Assembly: GCA_965242525.1 (NCBI GenBank)
Contig: OZ251459.1
Location: 1,408,001 to 1,472,000 of the forward strand
Length of the DNA: 64,000 bases
Reading direction: 5' to 3'
From: an uncultured Candidatus Binatia bacterium
Lineage (GTDB): Bacteria; Desulfobacterota; Binatia; UBA9968; JAJDTQ01
The notes under the pieces were generated by a model. That model was not told the origin of the DNA, did no database searches, and saw nothing but the letters and a program-made list of their open reading frames with translations. The translations under genes and the position numbers were made by a program. Positions 18,751 through 27,230 of this stretch are shown here, one piece after another (position 1 is the stretch's first letter; the number at the start of each line of letters is the position of its first letter).

Positions 18751-20015
18751 CGGGACCCTGCCATTTCCTTCAGCAGCTTGCGGCGCTCGATCTCGATATC
18801 CGCCTCGTGAATCTCGGGCGCGTCCGGCGACAGCTCCACCAGGCGGGATCTGAGGGATGCGGCTTCCTCGCATTCGCCCCGTCCATCCTCCACCAGACGC
18901 ATATAGTCATCCAGCGTGGCCTTGAACTCGTTGTCCGGCCGTTCGTCCACCCGCATCACGGTAAAGAGCACGTCGCCGGCTTCCGCCCCGAACGTCGGTG
19001 CGGGCGGTCTTCCGGCAACGATGCGGCCGTCCTCGCGGCGCAATTCGACGATATGCCTAGGCTGAACCGTCGTCAGCACCTGTGGGCTGTGGGTGGAGAC
19101 GATGAATTGCGTGTTCGGGAAAGTCCGCCTCAGATCGACCAGGATCCGCTGCTGCCACGCAGGGTGCAGGTGCAGATCCACCTCGTCGATCAACACCACC
19201 GCTTCGGATTCGAGCGGGTCCTTGAGATGCGGGTTCCCTTGCGCCATGCGCCGAGCAAGGTCGGCCGCCAGCGCCAGGACGATCCGGTAACCGCCGCTCA
19301 ACTGGTCGAGCGCCAACTCTTCGAGCTTGCCTGTTTCCGATTCCAGGGACACAACAAACCGCAAAGGTCTGAGTTTGATCCGAGGCTCGGAGACGCCGGG
19401 TACCATGCCCTCGATCGCCTTGCGGACGGCGTTCAGGTCTTTCAACCGATGCTTGAAGTTCTGCCGTTCGTTCTTTTCCCGCAATTCTTCATTCTCCCGG
19501 TCATAGAACCACTTGAAGAACTCCCTGAAGTTAGTGCGCGGGGCGAGCGCTCCTTCCAATGCCGCGTAGCGCGGGAAATCTGTTTTGAAATTCCGGCGTC
19601 GATGCGGCGTATCGAAGACCGCACGGTCCGTGTCATAGAAGGCGATGATGGGAAGGTCGAGGGGTTCCGCTTCCTCCCGGTCCGCGGCGATGATCCCGTC
19701 CATCCTCTCCTTCAACATCCGGCGGCTGGATTTCCCCCGCGGCCCGAGCTTGCGCCGATCCCATTGGATCTCGTCGCAGGTCCGCAGCATCACCCGCAAA
19801 GGCCGCTGTCCGCGCAGGTCGGTGTTGCGGAACCCGACGCCGGAGACCTCCGGCAACAATATCGGAACGCTGCCGAGTCCCGCGGCGATGGCGCTCAGGA
19901 CACTCGTCTTGCCGTGCCCGTTGGCGCCGTAGAACACGGTCAGGTCACGGTCGAGCGGCAGGTCGAGCTTCTCGATGGCGCGGTAGTTCTCGATCTCCAC
20001 CCGTTCAAGCTTCAT
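18747..20015 (-). CDS. ptuA: Septu-type ABC/AAA ATPase PtuA (copy 1)
   Basis: Walker A GANGHGKTS, signature LSGG, Walker B LIDEVDLHLHPAWQQ, H-loop STHSP; followed by an HNH gene. Confidence 0.82.
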   Translation of the reverse strand: MKLERVEIENYRAIEKLDLPLDRDLTVFYGANGHGKTSVLSAIAAGLGSVPILLPEVSGVGFRNTDLRGQRPLRVMLRTCDEIQWDRRKLGPRGKSSRRMLKERMDGIIAADREEAEPLDLPIIAFYDTDRAVFDTPHRRRNFKTDFPRYAALEGALAPRTNFREFFKWFYDRENEELREKNERQNFKHRLKDLNAVRKAIEGMVPGVSEPRIKLRPLRFVVSLESETGKLEELALDQLSGGYRIVLALAADLARRMAQGNPHLKDPLESEAVVLIDEVDLHLHPAWQQRILVDLRRTFPNTQFIVSTHSPQVLTTVQPRHIVELRREDGRIVAGRPPAPTFGAEAGDVLFTVMRVDERPDNEFKATLDDYMRLVEDGRGECEEAASLRSRLVELSPDAPEIHEADIEIERRKLLKEMAGSR

Positions 20016-20163
20016 GGTCGGTCCCCCTTCTCCTCCGTGGCATGGTCCGCGGGCTTCGCAGGGCCGTCAGCGCCCGGCGCGGGTGTTTGCGGCGCATCGC
20101 CATGCCGAGCCGGCAGGCCGCCGCCTCGCGGCCCATGGCCTCAGCGCCTTCGGCCACTGCATG
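20005..20163 (-). pseudogene. Decayed fragment homologous to the 3' end of the RL small gene (28848-29000)
   Basis: AVAEGAEAMGREAAACRLGMAMRRKHPRRALTALR aligns with SVAEGIEAMGREEAAYWLGMAMHRKNPRRVLTALR; the nucleotide similarity is also visible. Confidence 0.85.
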
Positions 20164-20252
20164 GATCTTGCCGTTGCTCCGATTGGCAACCACCACTCCA
20201 TAAGTTGAGTATCATGGCTGCCTCCCCGCGGCTCTGGTCATCGCTGCACCGT

Positions 20253-21224
20253 TCACCGTTTGGTGAGCTTCGGGCCGGCGTACACGACGTAAACCGGCTT
20301 GCCGTGCTGGATGGGCATGGAAAAGTGCACGCGCAACGCGGGGTGGCGCACCTTTCCATGCCAAGTGCAAGATAGAGACTTCCCGGGTTCGTCTGGATGT
20401 GGAAACGTCAGCGCACGACGGAAGTGTCCTTTCTCGGACTCCGAGGAGTCGGAGAACAAGCCTTGATCGTCGATTCCGGTGAAGTAATCCTGATAGATCC
20501 GGTGGCCCTCGGAAGTCCGGGCACCGTTGGCGTCGAACGCGCACGCGAACCGGTCCAGGATGTCGAGCAGCACGAGGAGACGATCCGCTGCGCTCTTGAC
20601 GAACGGGGTCCCTTCGAGAGGATCGAAGCAATCGCCGGCAAACGTCAAATTTTTGAAGCGGCTCGTCGAGATCTTTCGCATGTCACTCCAGGATCGGATC
20701 GGAGGCGAGGCGTCCCGCAACCTCCTTTCCAGTTCCGTCGCGTCCCGCCAGTTTTCGAGAGCCACCGTCGGGTCGTCCGAGTCCATGTCGTCACGTCGCC
20801 ACGTCACTTCAACGGGCGAGAAGTCCCAACCCGACGGCGTAAAGCTGACCAAGGAGCATGCCATGTCGTGCAGCGTTCGATACGCCGCTTCGCCGACCGC
20901 GTGCTCCGTCACCACCTCACCGCGGCATTCCAGGTAGTCGTCGGCCTCGTGTCGGCGAAGGGCGTCGTCGTCCCAAAAGGGGCCGCTGTGCGTCAACCAA
21001 CGCATCACGGAGCGCCTCTCGTTCACGGAAAGCTGCTGAAGCGCCTGCTGCATGGGCATGCCCGGCATGGGTTCGGCCATCAGCAACTTGCGATTGCAGT
21101 ACACTTCCAGATCGAAACGCCGGGCCGCAGTACGCATGGAACTCATCCGTGCAAAGGCGTCACGAAACGCCCCCGTATCGCGGAACTGTCCGTGGATCGA
21201 CAGGTCGTTGGCGAGGAGATCCAA
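20253..21224 (-). CDS. Hypothetical protein, Menshen NsnC-position effector (putative RelE-like RNase C-terminus)
   Basis: 323 aa, abuts the DUF3696 ATPase; C-terminus WHGKVRHPALRVHFSMP...VYVVYAGPKLTK resembles RelE-fold ends. Confidence 0.6.
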   Translation of the reverse strand: MDLLANDLSIHGQFRDTGAFRDAFARMSSMRTAARRFDLEVYCNRKLLMAEPMPGMPMQQALQQLSVNERRSVMRWLTHSGPFWDDDALRRHEADDYLECRGEVVTEHAVGEAAYRTLHDMACSLVSFTPSGWDFSPVEVTWRRDDMDSDDPTVALENWRDATELERRLRDASPPIRSWSDMRKISTSRFKNLTFAGDCFDPLEGTPFVKSAADRLLVLLDILDRFACAFDANGARTSEGHRIYQDYFTGIDDQGLFSDSSESEKGHFRRALTFPHPDEPGKSLSCTWHGKVRHPALRVHFSMPIQHGKPVYVVYAGPKLTKR

Positions 21225-21225
21225 T

Positions 21226-22380
21226 TCAACACCAGCCGGCGAAGTAGTCCATGTCCTTGTCGAACTGGTCGAAGAAGCCTTCCGGCCACGTATCTACGTT
21301 GCCGTCCCGATCCATGACGAGGGTTTGGACCTGCGCGGCGCCATCTGATTCCTCGTCATGCTGCAAGCGGAAGAAGTGGAGAGCGACGTCTTCGGGAAGA
21401 AGAACGGCATCCTTTACCGCCCGCCGAATGCCGTTCAACACGTGGTCGCTGTGCGTCTCGAGGACGACCTGTACCCCGGCAGCCGCGACTTTGGCCAGGA
21501 ACGCGCCCATCGCGGCTTGCCCGGCCGGGTGGAGATGCACTTCCGGGTTTTCGATCAACAGCAGGTCGCCTTTGCTTGCCGACAAGGCCGCTACCACTAT
21601 CGGCAGTACCTGCGTCAATCCGAAGCCGCTATGGATCGGACGGTGGAAGTCCATGCCTTTGGACGTCCTTAGCCCCAAGGTCAGTGCGTTCGCTTGCGGG
21701 ACCTTCCCGACGGTCAACTCGCAGCCCGGGAAGAACCGGTTCATGCAGGCTTCGACCTGACGCAACCGCGTCGGCGGGGCATCCTCGATAATCAATCCGT
21801 CGAGAACCATCTCGTCACCGCCCGAATAGAGGACGCTGGCCGCATGTTCTCCTTCCGGGCCGACCACGGGTGCGTACCGGATATCCTCCAATGGATAGGT
21901 CTCGCGCGGTCCTACCCGTTCGGCAGTGAGGTAGGTGAGTCCGCATAGACGATCCACCAACGAACCGGCCCAGGTCTCTTCGCCTTGCGACAATGGCAAC
22001 AAGTGGTACAGTGACCCGGATTCGTCTTGCGCAACGTCATCGATGCGAATCTGTGCTACTTCCATGGACATCTCGGTGCGTCCGCCCACGAATTCCCATT
22101 GAAACTCGTGTTCGTCATCCAGCAGCGCAATCCCAATGGAGCGGCGCCCATGGGTCTGGTCGATGACGTCGGACACGGCGCCAAGGCGAACGGCGGCGCC
22201 ATTGAGCATCAGACGCCCCGCCCATTCATCCTCCCGCATGGACTGATGCAGGAGAGCCAGCGCCTGCATCACCGACGATTTCCCGGACGCATTGGCGCCG
22301 GAAAGCAGGGTCAGCGGGCAGAGCGGCAACTTCAACAACGTGAAACACTTGAAGTGCCGAAGATCAATTCGCCTGAGCAC
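21226..22380 (-). CDS. DUF3696-type ABC/AAA ATPase (Menshen NsnB-like)
   Basis: GANASGKSS, GFGLTQVLP, LIENPEVHLHP, ETHSDH; C-terminal WPEGFFDQ typical of DUF3696. Confidence 0.85.
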   Translation of the reverse strand: MLRRIDLRHFKCFTLLKLPLCPLTLLSGANASGKSSVMQALALLHQSMREDEWAGRLMLNGAAVRLGAVSDVIDQTHGRRSIGIALLDDEHEFQWEFVGGRTEMSMEVAQIRIDDVAQDESGSLYHLLPLSQGEETWAGSLVDRLCGLTYLTAERVGPRETYPLEDIRYAPVVGPEGEHAASVLYSGGDEMVLDGLIIEDAPPTRLRQVEACMNRFFPGCELTVGKVPQANALTLGLRTSKGMDFHRPIHSGFGLTQVLPIVVAALSASKGDLLLIENPEVHLHPAGQAAMGAFLAKVAAAGVQVVLETHSDHVLNGIRRAVKDAVLLPEDVALHFFRLQHDEESDGAAQVQTLVMDRDGNVDTWPEGFFDQFDKDMDYFAGWC

Positions 22381-23455
22381 CCAGTATCTCCTCGAATTTC
22401 TGCCGGGTCATCTGGAACCGGCAGCGTACCTTCTTGGGGTCGTTCGGTCCGTAGGTAATCGAGATGTTGAAATCTTCGTCACCGAGAAGCCGGTACACGG
22501 ATTCGCGAAGAGGATGGGCGCACGCCCTGATCCGTTCCTCGCCGTAGCGGGACAAGCCGGTGCACATGACGTCCCAGAACGACGCATTGAGGACGCCGCG
22601 CCGGTCTTGCCCGGGGGCATGTTTCCTGAATGCATGCTGATCGAACAGCATGAAATTGTTGGCGAGGCCTCTCCGAAATTCTCCTGACAACGACGCCAAC
22701 TCGCCATCCGCCATTCCATTCATCTTGCGCAGACATTCCGCGAGAAAAACGTCCATGTCGCCGCGATATTCTGTGAGATCGAGGATTTGGAAGGCACAGA
22801 AGCGGTTGACGAACTCCCGGTCCCTCATCTTCTTCGCGTCCAGGCTGCCGCCAGTGGCGTTCAGGAAAACCTCCGACTTCGATTCGTCCTTGAGAAAACG
22901 AGTAGCCTTTCCCATGAACAGGCTGTTGCGCATCTGTTGCCGAGTCAGAGGCTCACCACTGTTCACCCTCTCGAAGATGTCGAGCCGGGCGCGCTCCGGC
23001 GCCTTCGAGTCGATGATGTAGAAGATGAGGTTGCAATCTTCGACGCGATTTTGAAGCTTGGACAAGAGATCCGTAAACCCTTTGCCGTGAAGTTCCTTTC
23101 GATCGGGAAGATCAAGGCGCAATTCGTTTTTCACGAACCGCTGAAAGGTGGACAGGCGCTGCAAGCCGTCCACCACGACCATCCTGCCTTTGTCGTCCTC
23201 CGCCAGGTAGAATACCGGCAGGGGGATGCGCATGATCACGGATTCGATAAGCTTGCTCTGCTTGTCCTCCGGCCAGATGAAATCGCGCTGGAAGTCAGGA
23301 TCCATGACGTAATTGTTCTGGTCGATTCGTCGAATGACGTCGTGGATGGTTCGGTTCTCGTGTCGAATCAGCAGGTCGTCGATAGGGTACTCGCCCCACG
23401 ACCCACTGTCGTAATCCAGACCTTCGGGTTCTTCGACTTGAAACTCATTGCCCAT
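22364..23455 (-). CDS. DUF262 (ParB-like) protein (Menshen NsnA-like)
   Basis: PDFQRDFIW, SKLIES, VVDGLQRLST and IFERVNSG motifs; start ATG 23455. Confidence 0.88.
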   Translation of the reverse strand: MGNEFQVEEPEGLDYDSGSWGEYPIDDLLIRHENRTIHDVIRRIDQNNYVMDPDFQRDFIWPEDKQSKLIESVIMRIPLPVFYLAEDDKGRMVVVDGLQRLSTFQRFVKNELRLDLPDRKELHGKGFTDLLSKLQNRVEDCNLIFYIIDSKAPERARLDIFERVNSGEPLTRQQMRNSLFMGKATRFLKDESKSEVFLNATGGSLDAKKMRDREFVNRFCAFQILDLTEYRGDMDVFLAECLRKMNGMADGELASLSGEFRRGLANNFMLFDQHAFRKHAPGQDRRGVLNASFWDVMCTGLSRYGEERIRACAHPLRESVYRLLGDEDFNISITYGPNDPKKVRCRFQMTRQKFEEILGAQAN

Positions 23456-23459
23456 GGTT

Positions 23460-24995
23460 TCAGTTACCTCCGGACGCAGCCTTCCTGTTGCCACGCACGC
23501 CCTCGATGCCAAAGGCTCGATCTTCTCTCAGCTTCGCCAGATTCTGCCGGACGTCCCGGGCGACTTCTTCGACCTCCCGCGCAACCCTGGTCTCAACTCC
23601 GAGCTCCCGTTCCAGCGCCGTCGTAAGGGGCAACAGAAAGCCCGCCGCGGGTGAAGCCTGGATCAGTTCCCGCATCCGCGCCGGCCCCAGGTCAATGCTG
23701 AACTCCATCAAGGCGACCAGGCATTCCCTTGAGGGCGAACTGATCTTGGGCAGGACTTCAAGCATTGCCTCGACGTCCTGCTCACAAGCAAGCGAAGTCC
23801 CGCTTGCGCCGACGTTCCTCATCTCAGGCGGCGAGTAGTACGACGCCATGAAGCGGATCAGGGTTTCGATCAGGCGATCCGGCCTACGTTTGTACCGCAA
23901 CAGGTAGTAGATATTGTACAGGCGCTCGGTCAGGTAGTACTGCTTGCGCCGGGCGGTACCGCCCGCCACCTGAACGACGCCCCGCTCGATGAGGCGGGCG
24001 AGGTGAGCGCTGCACTTGCTCGTCTCCACCCGGGACCTGTCCGCGATTTCCTTTGTGGTTGCCGGCCTCCATAGCTCTGCGAGCGCGAGATAGACCCGCC
24101 GTTCCTGGGCTGGGAGCGAGTCGATGTGGCTCTTGAAGTACTCCGTGTGGTCGTCCACCAAGTCGAGCAGGGCGTCCATGAGCTTGCGAAAAGACAACTC
24201 CCCACCGAAGCGGGCCACGATGGCGAGCAGGCGCGGGCTGCCGCCGGTGAGGATTTCCAGCGAACGAATCGTGTCGTGCGGACGGGGCTGGCCGGACACT
24301 TTTTCCCACAGGACGGCGCATTCGTCCGTATCGAGAGGGCGCAGGGTGAGGATCCGAAAGAGGTCGTACAGGGCGCGGTCCGGACGGTCTATCTCGTCGA
24401 AGCGGCTGGTGGCGCTGGCCAGCAGGATGATCCGGGGCTCGGTCTGGAGGGTCTTGCGCAGCCGCCATCCCGCTTCGGAGTCCGCCATATCCCCGAACAT
24501 CATGTTCAGGTTCTCCACGATCAGCACAAGCCGCTTGCCCTCTCGATCCGAGAAGTCCAGCAAGGAACCGAGGCAGCGCTCGGCAAGGATCTGGTCGTCA
24601 TGAATGGTGCGGAAATCTTCGAAGGTGCGGTGCAGGTCGGGACCATCCTCTTGGCGAGGCGCCTCGTCTGCCAGATGGGACAGGCATTCCAACCAGAACT
24701 CCCCCGCGGTGGCTACCTCGTAGCTTTCCTCTGCAAAGACGATGGGGAAGAAGCCAGACGACAGCGCAGCGTCCCGGCGCACCTCCGCGGCCACCCGCAG
24801 GAGCAGGCTGGTCTTGCCGCTCCCGCGCGGGCCGATCACGATCTGATGCGGGTTCGAGCTTCCGGTGCACTCGCGCAGCGTCTCGACCATGGAGTCGAAC
24901 TCGGCCGTCCGCACGCAGAAGGAAGCTACCAACTCGTCATCGCTGAAGAACCCCGGGTTGTACTTCCGTACCTTCGGGGGGGCGGTCACAGTCAT
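23460..24995 (-). CDS. Uncharacterised P-loop ATPase with winged-helix domain
   Basis: Walker A GPRGSGKTS, degenerate Walker B LIVENLN, LTGGSPR, wHTH-like ATTKEIADRSRVETSKCSAHLARLIERGVV; ATG overlaps the upstream stop. Confidence 0.75.
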   Translation of the reverse strand: MTVTAPPKVRKYNPGFFSDDELVASFCVRTAEFDSMVETLRECTGSSNPHQIVIGPRGSGKTSLLLRVAAEVRRDAALSSGFFPIVFAEESYEVATAGEFWLECLSHLADEAPRQEDGPDLHRTFEDFRTIHDDQILAERCLGSLLDFSDREGKRLVLIVENLNMMFGDMADSEAGWRLRKTLQTEPRIILLASATSRFDEIDRPDRALYDLFRILTLRPLDTDECAVLWEKVSGQPRPHDTIRSLEILTGGSPRLLAIVARFGGELSFRKLMDALLDLVDDHTEYFKSHIDSLPAQERRVYLALAELWRPATTKEIADRSRVETSKCSAHLARLIERGVVQVAGGTARRKQYYLTERLYNIYYLLRYKRRPDRLIETLIRFMASYYSPPEMRNVGASGTSLACEQDVEAMLEVLPKISSPSRECLVALMEFSIDLGPARMRELIQASPAAGFLLPLTTALERELGVETRVAREVEEVARDVRQNLAKLREDRAFGIEGVRGNRKAASGGN

Positions 24996-26353
24996 CGTTT
25001 GGCGCTCCGGGCAGATCCAGCCCCGGGCGAGGCGGAAGAAGCGCCGGATCGGCCGTACCGGACGCGCCACCAGTCTTCGAGTAGCCCCGACACGAAGCGG
25101 TAGCCGTCACCTTGCTTGGCCAGATACCCGTCGTGCTCCAGCACGTGGAGCACGTCTTCGATCAAGGGCGGGTCGGCCATGGTCTCGCCTGCAAGAGACT
25201 CGCTCTGCCTGACTTCACGGTCCAGGCCGCGGCGAACCTCACGTCGAACCCTGGCCTCGTCCGCAAGAGATTCGCCATACCGTCGGATGGCGTCGCTTGG
25301 CAGCCGACCGCGGTTGTTTGCAGCCTCGGTCAACATCTCCAGGGCGACCCGATACCCATCAACCCCGAGGACCATCCTCAATCGATCCTCGTAGTGCGGC
25401 AGGTCCGTCTGTCCCCGGATACCGAGCATCTCCCGGTCATAGACGCGCCCTACGTCTTCAAGGGAGGCGGCGCGCCGACCGGCCCGGCGCAGGTCCTCGT
25501 GAAGGACATCGAAGAACCTCTGCACGTGGTGGGGAACCTGACACCGAAGTCGCCGGCACATCTCCTGGCGGACGTCGAGGGGGAGGTCGATACGGTAGGT
25601 CTCCCCCAGAGCGCCGAGGCAGGCCATGGCGGTCTCCCTGTCCCAGGGCTTCAGGTCGAAAGGGGTGAAGATGTTCGCGTGGGCGCTGAGTCCGGCCTGT
25701 TGCAGGATGGGTTCGAGGCTCACGCTGCCGGAGAGGATCATGCAGACCCGGCCCTGATGCGCCTGGCCGTTCTTGCGAAGCCAACTCAGGAACTCATCCG
25801 CGGCCCGCCGACGCTCCGGCGTGATGCGGTAGTCGTCCCCCTTGAGCAACCGGTTGACGAGGATCGGCAGTTCGTCGATGGCGAGCGTCACCGGCCTTTC
25901 GTTCCCCGCCAGAGCCGCGAAGACCTCGTCGCCCTTCTGCCGCCAGTTGCCGGCATCGACCCCGGCGCGCAGCTTCATCCGCAAGTCTGCGCCAGCCAGT
26001 ACAGGAACTTGGCCGCCGACTTCGACCTCTGCCGGAAGGACATTGGCGAACAGGTCCCTGATCCGCTTCCAGGCGCCTTGCATCGTCCTCGACTGGAACC
26101 CGATCTCGGTGATGGCGTCTGCGGGGGTGGAGGCCCCCTCCAGATCAACGAAGACTGACTCGAAACTCCCCTCTTCCTTCAGCCGGCGCAACAGTTCCCG
26201 AACGAGGCTCGTCTTGCCCATGCGCCGTTGCGCAGTCAGCAGGGTATGGGCTCCGTCCCGAACCCGCTCCACAAGAGCCTCGATCTCGGCCTCTCGGTCG
26301 AAGAAGCGATCCCCTTCGACCCAGTTGCCGCCCGCCTTCCTGAGCGCCGCCAT
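24992..26353 (-). CDS. Uncharacterised AAA/STAND-like ATPase
   Basis: GNWVEGDRFFDRE, Walker A AQRRMGKTS, Walker B LAIDELP, ILSGS; C-terminal wHTH-like LEHDGYL...LLEDWW. Confidence 0.8.
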   Translation of the reverse strand: MAALRKAGGNWVEGDRFFDREAEIEALVERVRDGAHTLLTAQRRMGKTSLVRELLRRLKEEGSFESVFVDLEGASTPADAITEIGFQSRTMQGAWKRIRDLFANVLPAEVEVGGQVPVLAGADLRMKLRAGVDAGNWRQKGDEVFAALAGNERPVTLAIDELPILVNRLLKGDDYRITPERRRAADEFLSWLRKNGQAHQGRVCMILSGSVSLEPILQQAGLSAHANIFTPFDLKPWDRETAMACLGALGETYRIDLPLDVRQEMCRRLRCQVPHHVQRFFDVLHEDLRRAGRRAASLEDVGRVYDREMLGIRGQTDLPHYEDRLRMVLGVDGYRVALEMLTEAANNRGRLPSDAIRRYGESLADEARVRREVRRGLDREVRQSESLAGETMADPPLIEDVLHVLEHDGYLAKQGDGYRFVSGLLEDWWRVRYGRSGASSASPGAGSARSAKR

Positions 26354-26371
26354 GGTATTCCCATCAACCTC

Positions 26372-26409
26372 GTTGGCAATCGCACTGTTGGCAACGATAT
26401 TGTTGGCAA
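26372..26409. promoter_or_regulatory. Three GTTGGCAA boxes at exact 15-bp spacing upstream of the ATPase pair (putative operator)
   Basis: Boxes start at 26372, 26387 and 26402; the middle one is the palindrome GTTG-G-CAAC. Confidence 0.55.
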
Positions 26410-26471
26410 ACAATCCGGGCGATGTCAACCACCCCGGAAGACCAACTCGGTCAACGACTGTCCGACGCCAC

Positions 26472-27230
26472 TCAGATCCATGCCTGGGGACGTTCCTCGA
26501 GGACGCGCTCGCTTGCGGAGCCGAAGTAGCTTCGGTTCGTGGTAAAGAACCTGGGCAAACGTCCGTTCTTCGGCAGAAGCTCCCCACGAGCCGCCTCTTC
26601 CATCACGGTAAGGTCCTCGGCGAAATCCTCCCACCCATCGCTGAGCGCTCTCCAGTGTCTTTCCCGGGCGTCTCGCAAACGTCTGACGTTCAACCCCAGG
26701 AATTCGATGGTGCGTTGCACACGATAGGCGGACACGCCGACAGCTTCACACGCCGGTACATCGGCTTCCATCCTCCCATTGACAATGACTCGGGTAAGTG
26801 AAGGGAGCGCGGGCAGGGTTCGGGGGTCGATGAGGTCATCGTTCACCTGACCGCCCTTCTTCTGGCCGCAACTCTGATGGCGTCGCACCGGTTCACGATA
26901 CCGAGTTTCATCGGCCAACCGGTTGCTGCCATATGCGCCTTCCGTCCCGCCCTTGCAGCAGGCGATCATGTTGGTGACGTCCAGCGCCCTCAGTGCCCCC
27001 ACCGGGTCGCTTCGGGGAACCCAATGCTCGACCTGACGATCCAACTCGGTGAGGTCGATCTCACAGTACCCGCAAAGACCGTGCTGAAGGTCGGTCAGTC
27101 CGTCCAGCAGCTCTTTATGGGAACCCCCTGCATCGTGGGAACGGAATTCCCCCCATTCCGGGTCGCGCACATGATCGAGGTAATCCCTGAGCCCCGGAGC
27201 AGGCTCATGCAAGGCTCGGATGCGTTTCAT
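26472..27230 (-). CDS. ptuB: Septu/retron-type HNH endonuclease PtuB (copy 2)
   Basis: QHGLCGYCE, VEHWVP, NMIACC and SCGQKKG motifs; clear paralog of 18013-18750. Confidence 0.8.
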   Translation of the reverse strand: MKRIRALHEPAPGLRDYLDHVRDPEWGEFRSHDAGGSHKELLDGLTDLQHGLCGYCEIDLTELDRQVEHWVPRSDPVGALRALDVTNMIACCKGGTEGAYGSNRLADETRYREPVRRHQSCGQKKGGQVNDDLIDPRTLPALPSLTRVIVNGRMEADVPACEAVGVSAYRVQRTIEFLGLNVRRLRDARERHWRALSDGWEDFAEDLTVMEEAARGELLPKNGRLPRFFTTNRSYFGSASERVLEERPQAWI

